Below are positions 9,786 to 19,600 of a stretch of 64,000 bases of DNA, piece by piece. The notes beneath the pieces were generated by a model. That model was given only the letters and a program-made list of their open reading frames with translations. It searched no databases and was not told the DNA's origin. Both the position numbers and the translations under genes were made by a program. The stretch is taken from the sequence record PV764601.1. The stretch is one strand, 5' to 3'. Each line of letters opens with the position of its first letter. Positions within the stretch are counted from its first letter, which is position 1.

Positions 9786-10853
9786 TTAGATAAGGGAGCC
9801 CGCGTACACGACGGTAGCAGCACCAAGCTCTTGACGAATGAACAGCGACTTGTCGGTGACGATTTCCACCTTCACTTCCTTGGCTTCCACATGCTCCATA
9901 ATGTCCAGCATCAGGGACGGGTCCAGCTGTAGCGGCTTCTTGATCTTGTGCTTGTTCGGCAGCACTTCCCGCATGTTGACGTAGTTGCCCTTGATCGCCA
10001 GTTCCAGCTTCTTCTTGGCGTTGGACGAAATGGTCAGCGGGGTATTGTTGCCTTCATACGCACTAGCGGCGTTCTCCAGAATGGTCTGGAAGGTATCGCG
10101 CTCAACCTCGAAGTAACCATCGGTCTTGAGATTCGACAGCAGCTGCTTCACCTGATCCGGGGTCAGCGACGATTCACTCTGCGTCAGCGGCATGTTGGCC
10201 TTGAACGCATCGTTGTATGCCGTCAGCGTACCATCGTTCAATTCCAGCTTGTAGCTCTTGCCGTTGCTCAGGGTGTTGAGCGTCTTGAACGTGGCGAGAG
10301 ACAGCTGGAACTCCACTTGACCCAGCGACATACTCGGGTTGTGGTAGTGCGCCATGTGGAAGTCATCGAAGCAAGTAACCGTAGTCGCCTTCTTCGTGCT
10401 GATGACCCACACATACATCGGATCATCAGTGTAGATGTTGGTCAGGCCGACCAGTTCCACCGCCTGATTCAGGGTAGCCTGTGCGTCCGAACTGATCTTG
10501 ATCGGCTTGCTCGACGCGTCGTTGACCATCACGTCTTCAAACGGCAGCACAACGATGTTGCCGCTGTACTTCCGACCATCCACTTCCTTGAAGCTCAGGT
10601 CGCTGGACTTCAAGGTCATTTCGACCTTCTTGCGTCCCTTGATGACACCCGACAGCAGCAGGTGATCCAGAGTGACCTTGCCATTGTTACGCACTTCGGC
10701 TTCAAGCGTCAGTGACACGTTGACACCATTACCAGCCGCGCACACATGCAGACCAGCGGGGTCCGCGATCATGCTGATGTGTTCCGCGCCAGTCAGGTTC
10801 TTTACTTGCGAGATTGCTTTGGTGAGTTCTTTTACACCGACGGTAGCCTGCAT
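9786..10853 (-). CDS. dnaN: DNA polymerase sliding clamp, beta-subunit-like
   Basis: 355 aa, three-domain alpha/beta periodicity (ELTKAISQV..., LNQAVELV..., FQTILENAAS...), position in the replication block. Confidence 0.7.
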   Translation of the reverse strand: MQATVGVKELTKAISQVKNLTGAEHISMIADPAGLHVCAAGNGVNVSLTLEAEVRNNGKVTLDHLLLSGVIKGRKKVEMTLKSSDLSFKEVDGRKYSGNIVVLPFEDVMVNDASSKPIKISSDAQATLNQAVELVGLTNIYTDDPMYVWVISTKKATTVTCFDDFHMAHYHNPSMSLGQVEFQLSLATFKTLNTLSNGKSYKLELNDGTLTAYNDAFKANMPLTQSESSLTPDQVKQLLSNLKTDGYFEVERDTFQTILENAASAYEGNNTPLTISSNAKKKLELAIKGNYVNMREVLPNKHKIKKPLQLDPSLMLDIMEHVEAKEVKVEIVTDKSLFIRQELGAATVVYAGSLI

Positions 10854-10880
10854 GACTTCTCCAGTTGTTGCATGTATCTA

Positions 10881-10889
10881 TATTTACAG
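10881..10889 (-). promoter_or_regulatory. Putative phage promoter CTGTAAATA upstream of the clamp gene
   Basis: Motif recurs at 15938-15946 and 46159-46167, each upstream of a non-structural operon. Confidence 0.5.
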
Positions 10890-10900
10890 GACAGGGAACG

Positions 10901-11389
10901 TCACACCTTGCGGTAGATCGTCCGAGTATATGGGAATTCGTCACGCGTGTCTCGGACGAGTTCCTCAGAGATAGCCTTCCACTTGAAATCACGGAAGGTG
11001 TCAGGGAAGAAAGCATCCGGTGCGGACGGACGAACGTGGTGGACCCAACTGATGCACACTTCTGACACTACAGGCATCGCGGTGGCGTATACGTGATGGC
11101 CACCGATAATCACTGCGTCTTGACCAGCAGGGACGGCATCTAAGGCTGCAAGGAAATTACGGACCGTAGTGAATCCTTCGCGTTCGTATCCCGAAGAGAT
11201 AACGACGTTGGTTCGCTTGGGCAATGCACGGCGCAGGCTTTGAGCCGTGCGCCTACCCATGATTACGGCCTTACCTTGCGTGTACTCCTTGAAGAACTCA
11301 AGGTCCGAGGGGATGTGCCAAGGTAACTGACCATCCTGCCCGATAACCCAATCGTTCTTTGACACGGCGGCGATCATTGACAGCTTCAT
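10901..11389 (-). CDS. folA: Dihydrofolate reductase
   Basis: IAAVSKNDWVIG, LPWHIPSDL, IMGRRT, LPKRTNVV, IIGG, DAFFP motifs. Confidence 0.95.
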   Translation of the reverse strand: MKLSMIAAVSKNDWVIGQDGQLPWHIPSDLEFFKEYTQGKAVIMGRRTAQSLRRALPKRTNVVISSGYEREGFTTVRNFLAALDAVPAGQDAVIIGGHHVYATAMPVVSEVCISWVHHVRPSAPDAFFPDTFRDFKWKAISEELVRDTRDEFPYTRTIYRKV

Positions 11390-11390
11390 A

Positions 11391-12290
11391 CTAAGTCCCA
11401 ATTAGCTCTGAAAATAGTTCAAGATGAGCGCGTGGGGTGAAGTTGTACCCGTGCTGCATGCACATTTGCACAACCTTGCCTTGCACCTCCCTGCATTGTT
11501 CCTTGTAGACCCCTTCCGGCATCACGTACACGGGCAGTATCCTGCGGTCGTGCATGTGCGTGTGGAAGTCATCATACATTTCGTGTTCTTCGCCAATGCC
11601 CGCAATGTCCATCTGCGCATGCACGTCAGTCTTGACCTGATCCAGCCAACGATTGATTTCCTCGAAGGATTCCTCGCTGCCATTGCTGACGAACTTGAGG
11701 TAAATATCGTTAGGCGGAATGTGCTCAACGTAACTCATCAACGCCTTGTACTTGTACCGACGTTCCCACGTCTCTCCGCTATTGGTCAACTTGGGGCTGA
11801 TGCTGAGTTGGACAGTGGGATAGCCCGACCAGTTGTTGTGATCCATCGACCACAGCAGTGTACCGTTGGTTTCAAACAGCACCCTATCCACAGGCGGCAT
11901 ATCTGGATGCGTCATCACTGCTTGAATGAAGGGCTGCCACATGAGGGGCTCGCCACCAGTCCAGCACAGAACGATCGGAGTGCCACTTGGGTAGAAGAAC
12001 TTGCCTCCCGGCAGTGCAGCGATGATCTGCTGCACCATGTCCTCGACAGTGATGGGCTGCCGAAGATTCTTGAAGGAAGGATGCCATGCATACGCACTAT
12101 CACACCCGGTAGCGGCAGGCACCACGTCATTCAGTGAAGCAACGCTTTCATACTGCTGCTTACCTGTATGTCCACCGAATCCCGGACACGTCAGATTACA
12201 ACTCCAAGTTCGGATGAACAACATGGGGCATCCAAGCAAAGGGCCTTCACCCTCAACACTCAGGAAGATTTCAGACAGCTGTGCTTTCAT
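11391..12290 (-). CDS. queE: 7-carboxy-7-deazaguanine synthase, radical SAM
   Basis: SEIFLSVEGEG, FIRTWSCNLTCPGF...GCDS, TGGEPL, ETNGT, ISPKL, PRAHLELF. Confidence 0.88.
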   Translation of the reverse strand: MKAQLSEIFLSVEGEGPLLGCPMLFIRTWSCNLTCPGFGGHTGKQQYESVASLNDVVPAATGCDSAYAWHPSFKNLRQPITVEDMVQQIIAALPGGKFFYPSGTPIVLCWTGGEPLMWQPFIQAVMTHPDMPPVDRVLFETNGTLLWSMDHNNWSGYPTVQLSISPKLTNSGETWERRYKYKALMSYVEHIPPNDIYLKFVSNGSEESFEEINRWLDQVKTDVHAQMDIAGIGEEHEMYDDFHTHMHDRRILPVYVMPEGVYKEQCREVQGKVVQMCMQHGYNFTPRAHLELFSELIGT

Positions 12291-12825
12291 CTAGGCCGTA
12301 CCTCGAATGACGATTCGGATTGTAGGTTCCCTCCATGCGCCAACTCTTGACGCACGCATGGCAGTGGAAGTCTGTCCAGTACCGGTCACCGTTGGTAGAC
12401 CATCCGCCCGTATTCGCGCCGTGCGTGTAGGTGACGAATGGATCAGGGTGCGGGCACGGAACGTTGGAGTAGTTCACCCCACCGAGCGCATTGATGGCAT
12501 CGTTTAGGTAAGCCCTCCGGGCGGCTTCCATCCACAGGGATTTGTCCGCGTCAGCCCAGCCAGTAGCAGCCACTTTCATGAATTCTTCTGGACCGAAAGC
12601 AGGGTACACTCGCTTTTCGTAGCTGAGGTTCTGCGATTTGGAGAATCGGTGCTGCAAGCGTTGATTGAACAGAGTCTCTGCTCGACGCAGCAGGTCGAAT
12701 TCCGTGACCTGCAACGCTGAGGTAACTGCATCAATCTGCTGCTGAAACACCGACTGTTCACTGGCAAACAGGTCGCGCATCGGGAATTCCTCATCCCCTA
12801 CGCGCACAGTCATTGGAGCAATCAT
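12271..12825 (-). CDS. Hypothetical protein with C-terminal Cys/His cluster
   Basis: Coupled between polymerase and queE; CPHP...CHAC. Confidence 0.65.
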   Translation of the reverse strand: MIAPMTVRVGDEEFPMRDLFASEQSVFQQQIDAVTSALQVTEFDLLRRAETLFNQRLQHRFSKSQNLSYEKRVYPAFGPEEFMKVAATGWADADKSLWMEAARRAYLNDAINALGGVNYSNVPCPHPDPFVTYTHGANTGGWSTNGDRYWTDFHCHACVKSWRMEGTYNPNRHSRYGLDESTAV

Positions 12826-15800
12826 GCTTTCTCCTTCTTCTTTTTGTCCTTCTTGCCCTTCTTTACCTTGTCCAGCAGCTTGTCGGTAGCCTTCTTGGCT
12901 TCCTTACGCTTGGCAGGATAATCGAAGTCCGGTTCTACAGGCAGTGGGAAGCGCTTGCGCAGTTCCGGCGCATACTTGGCACCCCACTTGTAGATGTTGA
13001 GAATCTCGGTGTCAGGATCGACCTTGAACTTGAGTTCGTTTTTCTGATCCTGCAATGCCTTATAGATAATGTCGTATAGACACTCCTGGGTCCAGTCCCA
13101 CTTGCGCATTTCGCTACCGAGTGCGCCAACGGCGAATTCGATTGCGAAGTCCACATGCGTTTCAAGGTCGAACACGTCCTTGAGGAACTTGCGGACACCG
13201 TGGATGGCGAAGTATTCCATCATCCAAATCAGGGCCATCACGTGACGATACTGGGCTTCGGCTTCCGTGGCGTCATGCACCATTGCGCACACACCCATCG
13301 GCGGACGGCTGCACTCTTCCGGCAGTTCATCCATATCAAGCAGGAAATCGTAGATCGCTTCTTCCATCAATCGGGCTGCGTCAATTGCAATGTCAGACGA
13401 CATACCCTGAATCGGGCTGTTCTGACCACGACGCTTCAACGCATTGTGCAGACGCTCGTAGCCGAGGATGCCTGCCCACATGTTACGGCGACGGCCCAGC
13501 GGACTCGTAACGTAACCACGCTTGACCGCCTGTTCACCGACTCGATCCAGCCACTTCTTCGCCATGCTGAACTTCTTGAAGAACCGATCAGTCAGTTCCT
13601 GCGCTTCCTTGACAGTCTTCTTCAACGTCTCGGCAAGAGCCTTCACCGACTGGCCGTAAATCGAACCGAAGGTAATACCCTTCGCGCCCTGACGTTCTTC
13701 CTTCGTTACCTTCTCCACCGGCACGCCAGTAAACGCCGAGTAGTTCAGCTTGTGCATGTCGCCCTTGACTTCCACCTCGGTCTTGTCTGCCTCAGTGGGG
13801 TTCTTCTTTTTACGGAAGCGCAGCACAAGATCGTTGATGTTGTTGAAGGTGCTCAGGAGGACGTTATCGTTAGCCACGATACCCCAGCCACGAACTTCGT
13901 GCACCGAGAAGTCGAACTTGATTCGCAGCGTGCCCTCGGGTGCGTAGAACAGGCGCTTGATGATTGGCGCCAGCTTGCCGTGCTCAGGAATCTGCTGTAG
14001 GTTAGGACCGGTACAGTTGGTACGGCCAGTCACCAGCAGGAAGCCGTACTCGGGGCGAATACGTCCGTCCTTCTTCACGTCAGGGTCTGCCTTGACCTGA
14101 TTCCAGATGCCCTTACCGTAACTGTCATCCAGCTTCTTGATCTTCGAGCGTTCAGTCAGCACTGCAACTTCGGGCACGTCAGCGTAGGCGCCTTGGAACA
14201 CCTTGTCAATCGCAGGCGTCGTGCCATCCTTGCCATAGTTGACGGGCTTGAGCTTGAGCAAGTCGATGAAGAGAAGAATCTTGTGAGCAGACTTGCCGAG
14301 GTCGAACATCCAGCTAGTGACTGCACCAAACAGGCCCTTGGAGGGTGCGCCTCGTTCCGAAAGCAACATGGAGTTGGCCTTCTTTACGTTCGGCATTTCC
14401 TTGAGCTTCTTCTCCACCTCAACAATCATCTTGCGGAGCGGACTGGCCTTGCTACGCAGCAGCATGAGGTAGTTCATATCCAGCGGCATACCGCGCTGCT
14501 TCATGGATGACAGCTGGTGCACCATGTTGCTCATCTGGACAAGCATCATGCGGCGGTAGTCCGCCAGATAGTTTCCGCCTTCGTGTTCCATTGCCTGTGC
14601 GATCTTCTGCTGGGCCAGATGGATAGCGAACGGCATCTGCACGTCCATTGCGCAGTAGTCAAGTTCCGCTTGGTTCAGCGATACTTCCTTGATGGTGACG
14701 CGATCTGCCTTACCGAATTCAGCAGTCTGATACCACGTGTTGTTGTATCGGGCCGACATAACTTCCAAGCCCCACGCACCCTTGAGGTCAGTGTGGATTC
14801 GGAGGTCAATGAGGTTCTCATCCAACACGAACTCGCCAGCGAGCACGTCCCATACCGGCATCTGGATGCAGGGAACCTTGAGGTCTTCTCGGAGCACGCG
14901 CAAGTCAAACTTGCCGTTCTGCATGATGAGATACGGCTGCTTCTTCCACTTCTTATGCGGCAGTCGCTTCTGCGAGAAGAACTTGCGCAGTTCCGCATAG
15001 ATGTATTTCAGTTCCTTGGCGTTGAACGGACAGTCCTTGTGTTTGAGCGCGAGGACGTAACCCTTCTCGGAGCTAGTGGCAAACTGAATGGTCAGAATGT
15101 CGTTGTCCAGCACCTTCAAGCCGATGGTTTCAGTATCGACAGAGACGGCAGAGGCTGCGTACACCTCGGTCATCATCTTCTTGAAGCGCTTCATCGTATT
15201 GACGAATACCGCGTTGGGCTTCACGCCCTTCAAGCTTACGCACGGCTTACCAAGGTAGATGCTGGAGATCGTCCGAACCGCGTACATGAAGAGATTGGTT
15301 TTGGCAATCTCGTACTTCTCACCATTCTCCATATACGGATCCATAGTGAGCGTAGACAGTTCAATCGTAGGGATTGCCTTGTAGTCAGTATCCCCGACAG
15401 AGATTTTGTGGACAAGGCCGTGGTTGATGTGACCGGTCTTCGTCTTGAGCAGATGACGCGATGCAGAGTCGCCCATTACCAAGATGATGTCCGGCTTCAC
15501 CTCTTCGATGTACTCCTTCACGCGCTTGACCGACAGGCGGACAGACTCGGCGTGGTGCTCGGAGGACAGGTGATAGTTCTTGTGGTAGTTGAAGTTGATA
15601 GTGGAGAACGAGTAGTTCTCTACCGACTGCCCATCCTTGGCAAAGTGCTTGGCCCACTTGCGGGCCATTTCGAGAGTTACCGACAGCGCGTGCTTGTCCT
15701 CAGCGCTGGAAAGCAAGCGATTCGCTTCAAGGTCGTGCCTTGAAACGTGACCCGTTACAATCAGACACCGCTTGCCTTTGGTCGAGGGCTCATACGGAAC

Positions 15801-15890
15801 ACTCAGGTCAAACGGTGAACAATGCAGTTCCCGCAAATGCGAAGGAACCTTGTTCTTGAACTTGGTGGTTTTCACCCGTTGAAAGGGCAT
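12822..15890 (-). CDS. polA: Family A DNA polymerase with 3'-5' exonuclease and N-terminal UDG-like domain
   Basis: Exo I VDTET, Exo II NGKFD, Exo III YCAMD; TGR, PNLQQIP, DFSVHEVR, AKGITFGSIYG, NSPIQG, VHD; N-terminal KPDIILVMGDSA. Confidence 0.93.
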   Translation of the reverse strand: MPFQRVKTTKFKNKVPSHLRELHCSPFDLSVPYEPSTKGKRCLIVTGHVSRHDLEANRLLSSAEDKHALSVTLEMARKWAKHFAKDGQSVENYSFSTINFNYHKNYHLSSEHHAESVRLSVKRVKEYIEEVKPDIILVMGDSASRHLLKTKTGHINHGLVHKISVGDTDYKAIPTIELSTLTMDPYMENGEKYEIAKTNLFMYAVRTISSIYLGKPCVSLKGVKPNAVFVNTMKRFKKMMTEVYAASAVSVDTETIGLKVLDNDILTIQFATSSEKGYVLALKHKDCPFNAKELKYIYAELRKFFSQKRLPHKKWKKQPYLIMQNGKFDLRVLREDLKVPCIQMPVWDVLAGEFVLDENLIDLRIHTDLKGAWGLEVMSARYNNTWYQTAEFGKADRVTIKEVSLNQAELDYCAMDVQMPFAIHLAQQKIAQAMEHEGGNYLADYRRMMLVQMSNMVHQLSSMKQRGMPLDMNYLMLLRSKASPLRKMIVEVEKKLKEMPNVKKANSMLLSERGAPSKGLFGAVTSWMFDLGKSAHKILLFIDLLKLKPVNYGKDGTTPAIDKVFQGAYADVPEVAVLTERSKIKKLDDSYGKGIWNQVKADPDVKKDGRIRPEYGFLLVTGRTNCTGPNLQQIPEHGKLAPIIKRLFYAPEGTLRIKFDFSVHEVRGWGIVANDNVLLSTFNNINDLVLRFRKKKNPTEADKTEVEVKGDMHKLNYSAFTGVPVEKVTKEERQGAKGITFGSIYGQSVKALAETLKKTVKEAQELTDRFFKKFSMAKKWLDRVGEQAVKRGYVTSPLGRRRNMWAGILGYERLHNALKRRGQNSPIQGMSSDIAIDAARLMEEAIYDFLLDMDELPEECSRPPMGVCAMVHDATEAEAQYRHVMALIWMMEYFAIHGVRKFLKDVFDLETHVDFAIEFAVGALGSEMRKWDWTQECLYDIIYKALQDQKNELKFKVDPDTEILNIYKWGAKYAPELRKRFPLPVEPDFDYPAKRKEAKKATDKLLDKVKKGKKDKKKKEKA

Positions 15891-15937
15891 TCAAAACTCC
15901 TGTTAGGATGGTACGCTTGCATACACACTACAGTTAT

Positions 15938-15946
15938 CGTTTACAG
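15938..15946 (-). promoter_or_regulatory. Putative phage promoter CTGTAAACG upstream of polA
   Basis: Variant of the same motif, just downstream of a terminator. Confidence 0.45.
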
Positions 15947-15960
15947 GATTCCAGCAACGA

Positions 15961-15988
15961 GAAAGGGGCGCCCTAAGACGCCCCTTTC
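15961..15988. terminator. Intrinsic terminator hairpin
   Basis: GAAAGGGGCG / CGCCCCTTTC 10-bp perfect stem after the 16007 ORF. Confidence 0.8.
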
Positions 15989-16006
15989 AATGCTTAACCC
16001 GAAGGG

Positions 16007-16648
16007 TTAGCGCTTCTTCTTTTTCTTCTTCTTAGCACCAGTCGGCGGAGCAACCGGCTCGGTCACCTCATCCTTGGTGCTGTCTTCATCTTCCGAATCG
16101 TCTTCGTCCTCTTCCTCTTCATCATCCGATTCATCGTCGTACTCTTCTTCCTCTGCCTCTTCCTGCTGGGTGCCAGCGTTCTGTGCAGCAGCGTTCACCG
16201 ACGGCTGGGCAGCATCCGGCTCCGCGCTCGACGGGGCTTCGTTGATGAGGCCAGTCTGCGATGCGGTCAGCTGATCGTCAGCCGGAGGCAGGTCAGTGGC
16301 TTCCGGCACAGCGGCGTTCAGGGCTGCGAAGACGGCAGGATCGAGAGCCGGGGTGTCATCCAGTTCTTCATCCAGTTCCTCATCCGAGACGGGAGCGACG
16401 AAATTCTCATCGTAGAACGCCTCGGCACCGCCTACCGCTTCCACGACACCCGGATGCAGCAGGTACACGTCACCCGGCACAAAGCCGATAGCGTTGGCTG
16501 CCACGAAAGGCGGGGTGTTGGTGGCGTAACGCCAGTACAGGGTGTTGGTCATAGCGTCCCATTCACCCTCCGGCAGGTAGCCTTCGACCACAAGGCCGAG
16601 GTTGACCAGCGCCTGCTGCACCTTGGTAACTTGGAATTTGGACAGCAT
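16007..16648 (-). CDS. Acidic low-complexity protein with poly-Lys tail
   Basis: GGAG SD before ATG 16648 (MLSKFQ); D/E runs then KKKKKKR. Confidence 0.7.
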   Translation of the reverse strand: MLSKFQVTKVQQALVNLGLVVEGYLPEGEWDAMTNTLYWRYATNTPPFVAANAIGFVPGDVYLLHPGVVEAVGGAEAFYDENFVAPVSDEELDEELDDTPALDPAVFAALNAAVPEATDLPPADDQLTASQTGLINEAPSSAEPDAAQPSVNAAAQNAGTQQEEAEEEEYDDESDDEEEEDEDDSEDEDSTKDEVTEPVAPPTGAKKKKKKKR

Positions 16649-16653
16649 TGGTA

Positions 16654-19600
16654 TTACTCCTCTTCTTTCTTGGCTGGGGTGTGGAGCTTGAGCTCCGAGA
16701 GTACCTTCTTCACGTCCTTGAGGTTGGCAACAGTGATGCCTGCCTTGGACAGTTCGGAAAGGGTGGAAGTTACAGCGCCCTTGTTGGGCAGGAATTTGAT
16801 GTAATCGCCATCCGAGGAATCCCACTTGACGCCCGGTACACGCACTTGACGTGCCACCTTGCGATTTGCGGGCTGGTTGGAAGACAACGCGAAGGCAATG
16901 TGCAGTTCGTGGTTGAGCACGACAGCATACGGCCTGACTTCGTTGGCACCCGCCTTGTTGCGCTTCATGCGCCAGAAGTTACGCACGTCCATTGCCTTGA
17001 GCGCACTGCGAGCGTTGAATGCGTTCTTCGGTCCCTTGTTGAAGAAGGCTTGCAGGTCTTCCAGTCGTTCAAGGAAGTCCGGCTTCACCACGAACTTACT
17101 TTGCAGCACTTCGAGGAAGTTAACCAAGTGCTTCCGAGTCTTGATGATAGCGAAGGAGTACGCACCCGTATCCTTGAAACCAAGCGACTCCATCACGCCA
17201 ACTGCGGCTTCATCCTCGTCCGCTTCATCCTTGTACGTACCGAGGGTGACTTGATCGTAGGCCACCTCAACAAAGAACTCCAGTTCAGCATCGACCTCTG
17301 GCTTCTTCTTGACCTTCGGGGCAGGCGGCGCCTTCTTAGGCTTGAGCGTGCGCAGCTTAGGAGCTTCCTCTTCCTGCTTCTTGGCCTTCTTGGGCTTCTC
17401 TTCGACAGGTTCTTCAACCGTCTTGAGTCGCTTGACCTTCTGCACAGGCTTCGGAGCTTCCTCGGCAGGCACTTCCTTTTTCTTCTTCGCCTTCTTCATA
17501 GGCACACCGATCAAGTGAGCCATGCGGTCACGGATGGTGTCTCCGTCAGCGTCATAGGTCTTCTTGTCGGGGATGATGAACGTCTTGAGCTTGTTGATGC
17601 TCTTGATGATAGTTCCATCTTTCAGCTTGACCTTTAGGGTCGAGCCGCTCATGCCGATGATCTTGCCGTCACCGAATTCCGTATGGACGTACTTGCCTAC
17701 GGTGTCAAAGTCAACGATGCCCTGATTCTCGCCTGCGTGGGAATCCACATAGTCGGAGTAGCGCACGATGCCAAGTTGCTTGGTATCCGGCAGGTGCATT
17801 TCAGGGACATAGGTAATGTGACGCATCATTGCGCCGCCCGGTAGCGGTTCGCCGCTGTTCTCAATGGGCTTGAACTTGAAGGTATCCTTGTGCTTCTCCC
17901 GGAACTCCTTCATTTCCTTGTTGTAGATGTTCTTGTACGTCGTGTATTCTTGGTGATATGCGGCCAGATGCTTCGTGATCGAGTTGAGCGACCGGATCGT
18001 GTCAAGGTTCATCTTGATGATCGGCAGCGCTTCCAGATCGTCGTACTTCGGATTGTCTGCTTCGTCAAACTTGACCTTGGAAATGACCTTGGAAATCAGA
18101 CGAGCAAACTTGCACACGTCGATGGTGCGATCAACCACCACCCAATCAATAAACACAGTGCGTGCTTCACTGCCGATGTTCTTCGGATCAGGGCGCCAGA
18201 TACGCGCGTTGGCCTGTTCCAGATCACCGGGGTTCCACTTGGTTTCGATACGCACGATGCGCGAGCAGAACTGGAAGTTGTGGCCCGTACCGAGGCTGTC
18301 TTCCACACCGATCATGCCGATGATGTCTGGGTCACGCTTGAACTTACTGATATCCCGATCCTTGTTCTCCGCGTGGTAGCGGATAAACTTGGACTTGAGG
18401 TGTGCAGGCAGGTTGTTGTAGAGCGCATCTGCGGACGCATGGTAGTTCGTGATGATGAGGATTTTGCCGTCCTTAGCCTCCGGGTCAGTCACGTGCTCAT
18501 CAACAATCTGAGCCACCACCTTGACCTTGGGACCGATAGCAGCGTCACCCTTTAGCACCTTCGCGCCCAGCGGGTCAGACCCGGGAGCGGTCATGAACAT
18601 TTCGAGGCGTGCGAGGTATGGATTCAGCGCACCTGCCAAGTCCAATTCGTCTACGTTGTCATCTTGCAGCTGCTTTACCAACGACTTGTTGGCCTTGATG
18701 GCCTCAATCGTTTCTTCCAGAATGGCTTGATACGCAGCGACCCAATCGGGGTTCAGTTCATCCTGATAGATAGGGATGATGCTCTCGCGCAGATGCGGAA
18801 GCATTGCGCCCCATTCCTTACGACGTGCGCTGATGAGACACGACTGCACACCAATGCGCTTACGAATCTCGGCCTCAGCGTTGTCCTTCCACTTGACCAC
18901 CTTGCCACCGACGACCACTTCTGCAAATTCGTCAATGAAGTCCTGCTTGTTGCCGAAGACCGAGGGGTCAAACAGTGCGAACTGACCAGCGGTGTCGCTG
19001 ATTTGGTTGTTGATGAACGTACCCGTAGCGATGGCCTTCTTGTCCATCGTCAGGGCGAGCTTACGGGCTGCTTGACTCTTGTTGCTTTCCTCGTTGCGCA
19101 GGCCGTGCGATTCGTCTACGATCATGTAGTCGATGCCCAGCGTGGTCAGGAATTCCGCGTTGAGGTTGATGGTCACCTCGCCGCTGCCGTAGAACACGAC
19201 ACGGTTGCGGTGATGATTGGACAGGAAACCGAAGTCAGTCAGCAGGATGGTGTTCGGTGGCGAGTTCTCGATCATCGTGCGCAGGCCATCCTCACCGTAG
19301 GTGTTGAGGGTGTCCGTGCTGATGACGATCATGTTGATCCGGCCATCGTAGAAGTACACGTTTTCTTCGATGTAGTTCTTCACCAAGAAGCTGGGGCAGG
19401 TGATACACGCCCGCTTCACGTCCTTACCTTCCAGCAGGGTGATGATGTAACGCAGGCCAATACCCGTCTTACCACCACCAGCGTCAACGTCAAGGATCGT
19501 CCAGTCCGGCTTGTTCAGCGTCAGGATGCCGTCGATGCGTGCCTGATGCGGCATCAAGGCTCGGTTCTCAGCGACGTAGGGAAGCGGCTTGGGCTGCCAG

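Noticed and set aside
14517-15743. Long plus-strand ORFs antisense to real genes (also 9948-10715, 18664-19692, 30476-31693, 38015-39046, 43514-44518 and others)
   Set aside because: Shadows of strongly codon-biased minus-strand genes; no SD, no motifs, Val/Leu/Arg/His-rich composition typical of antisense frames
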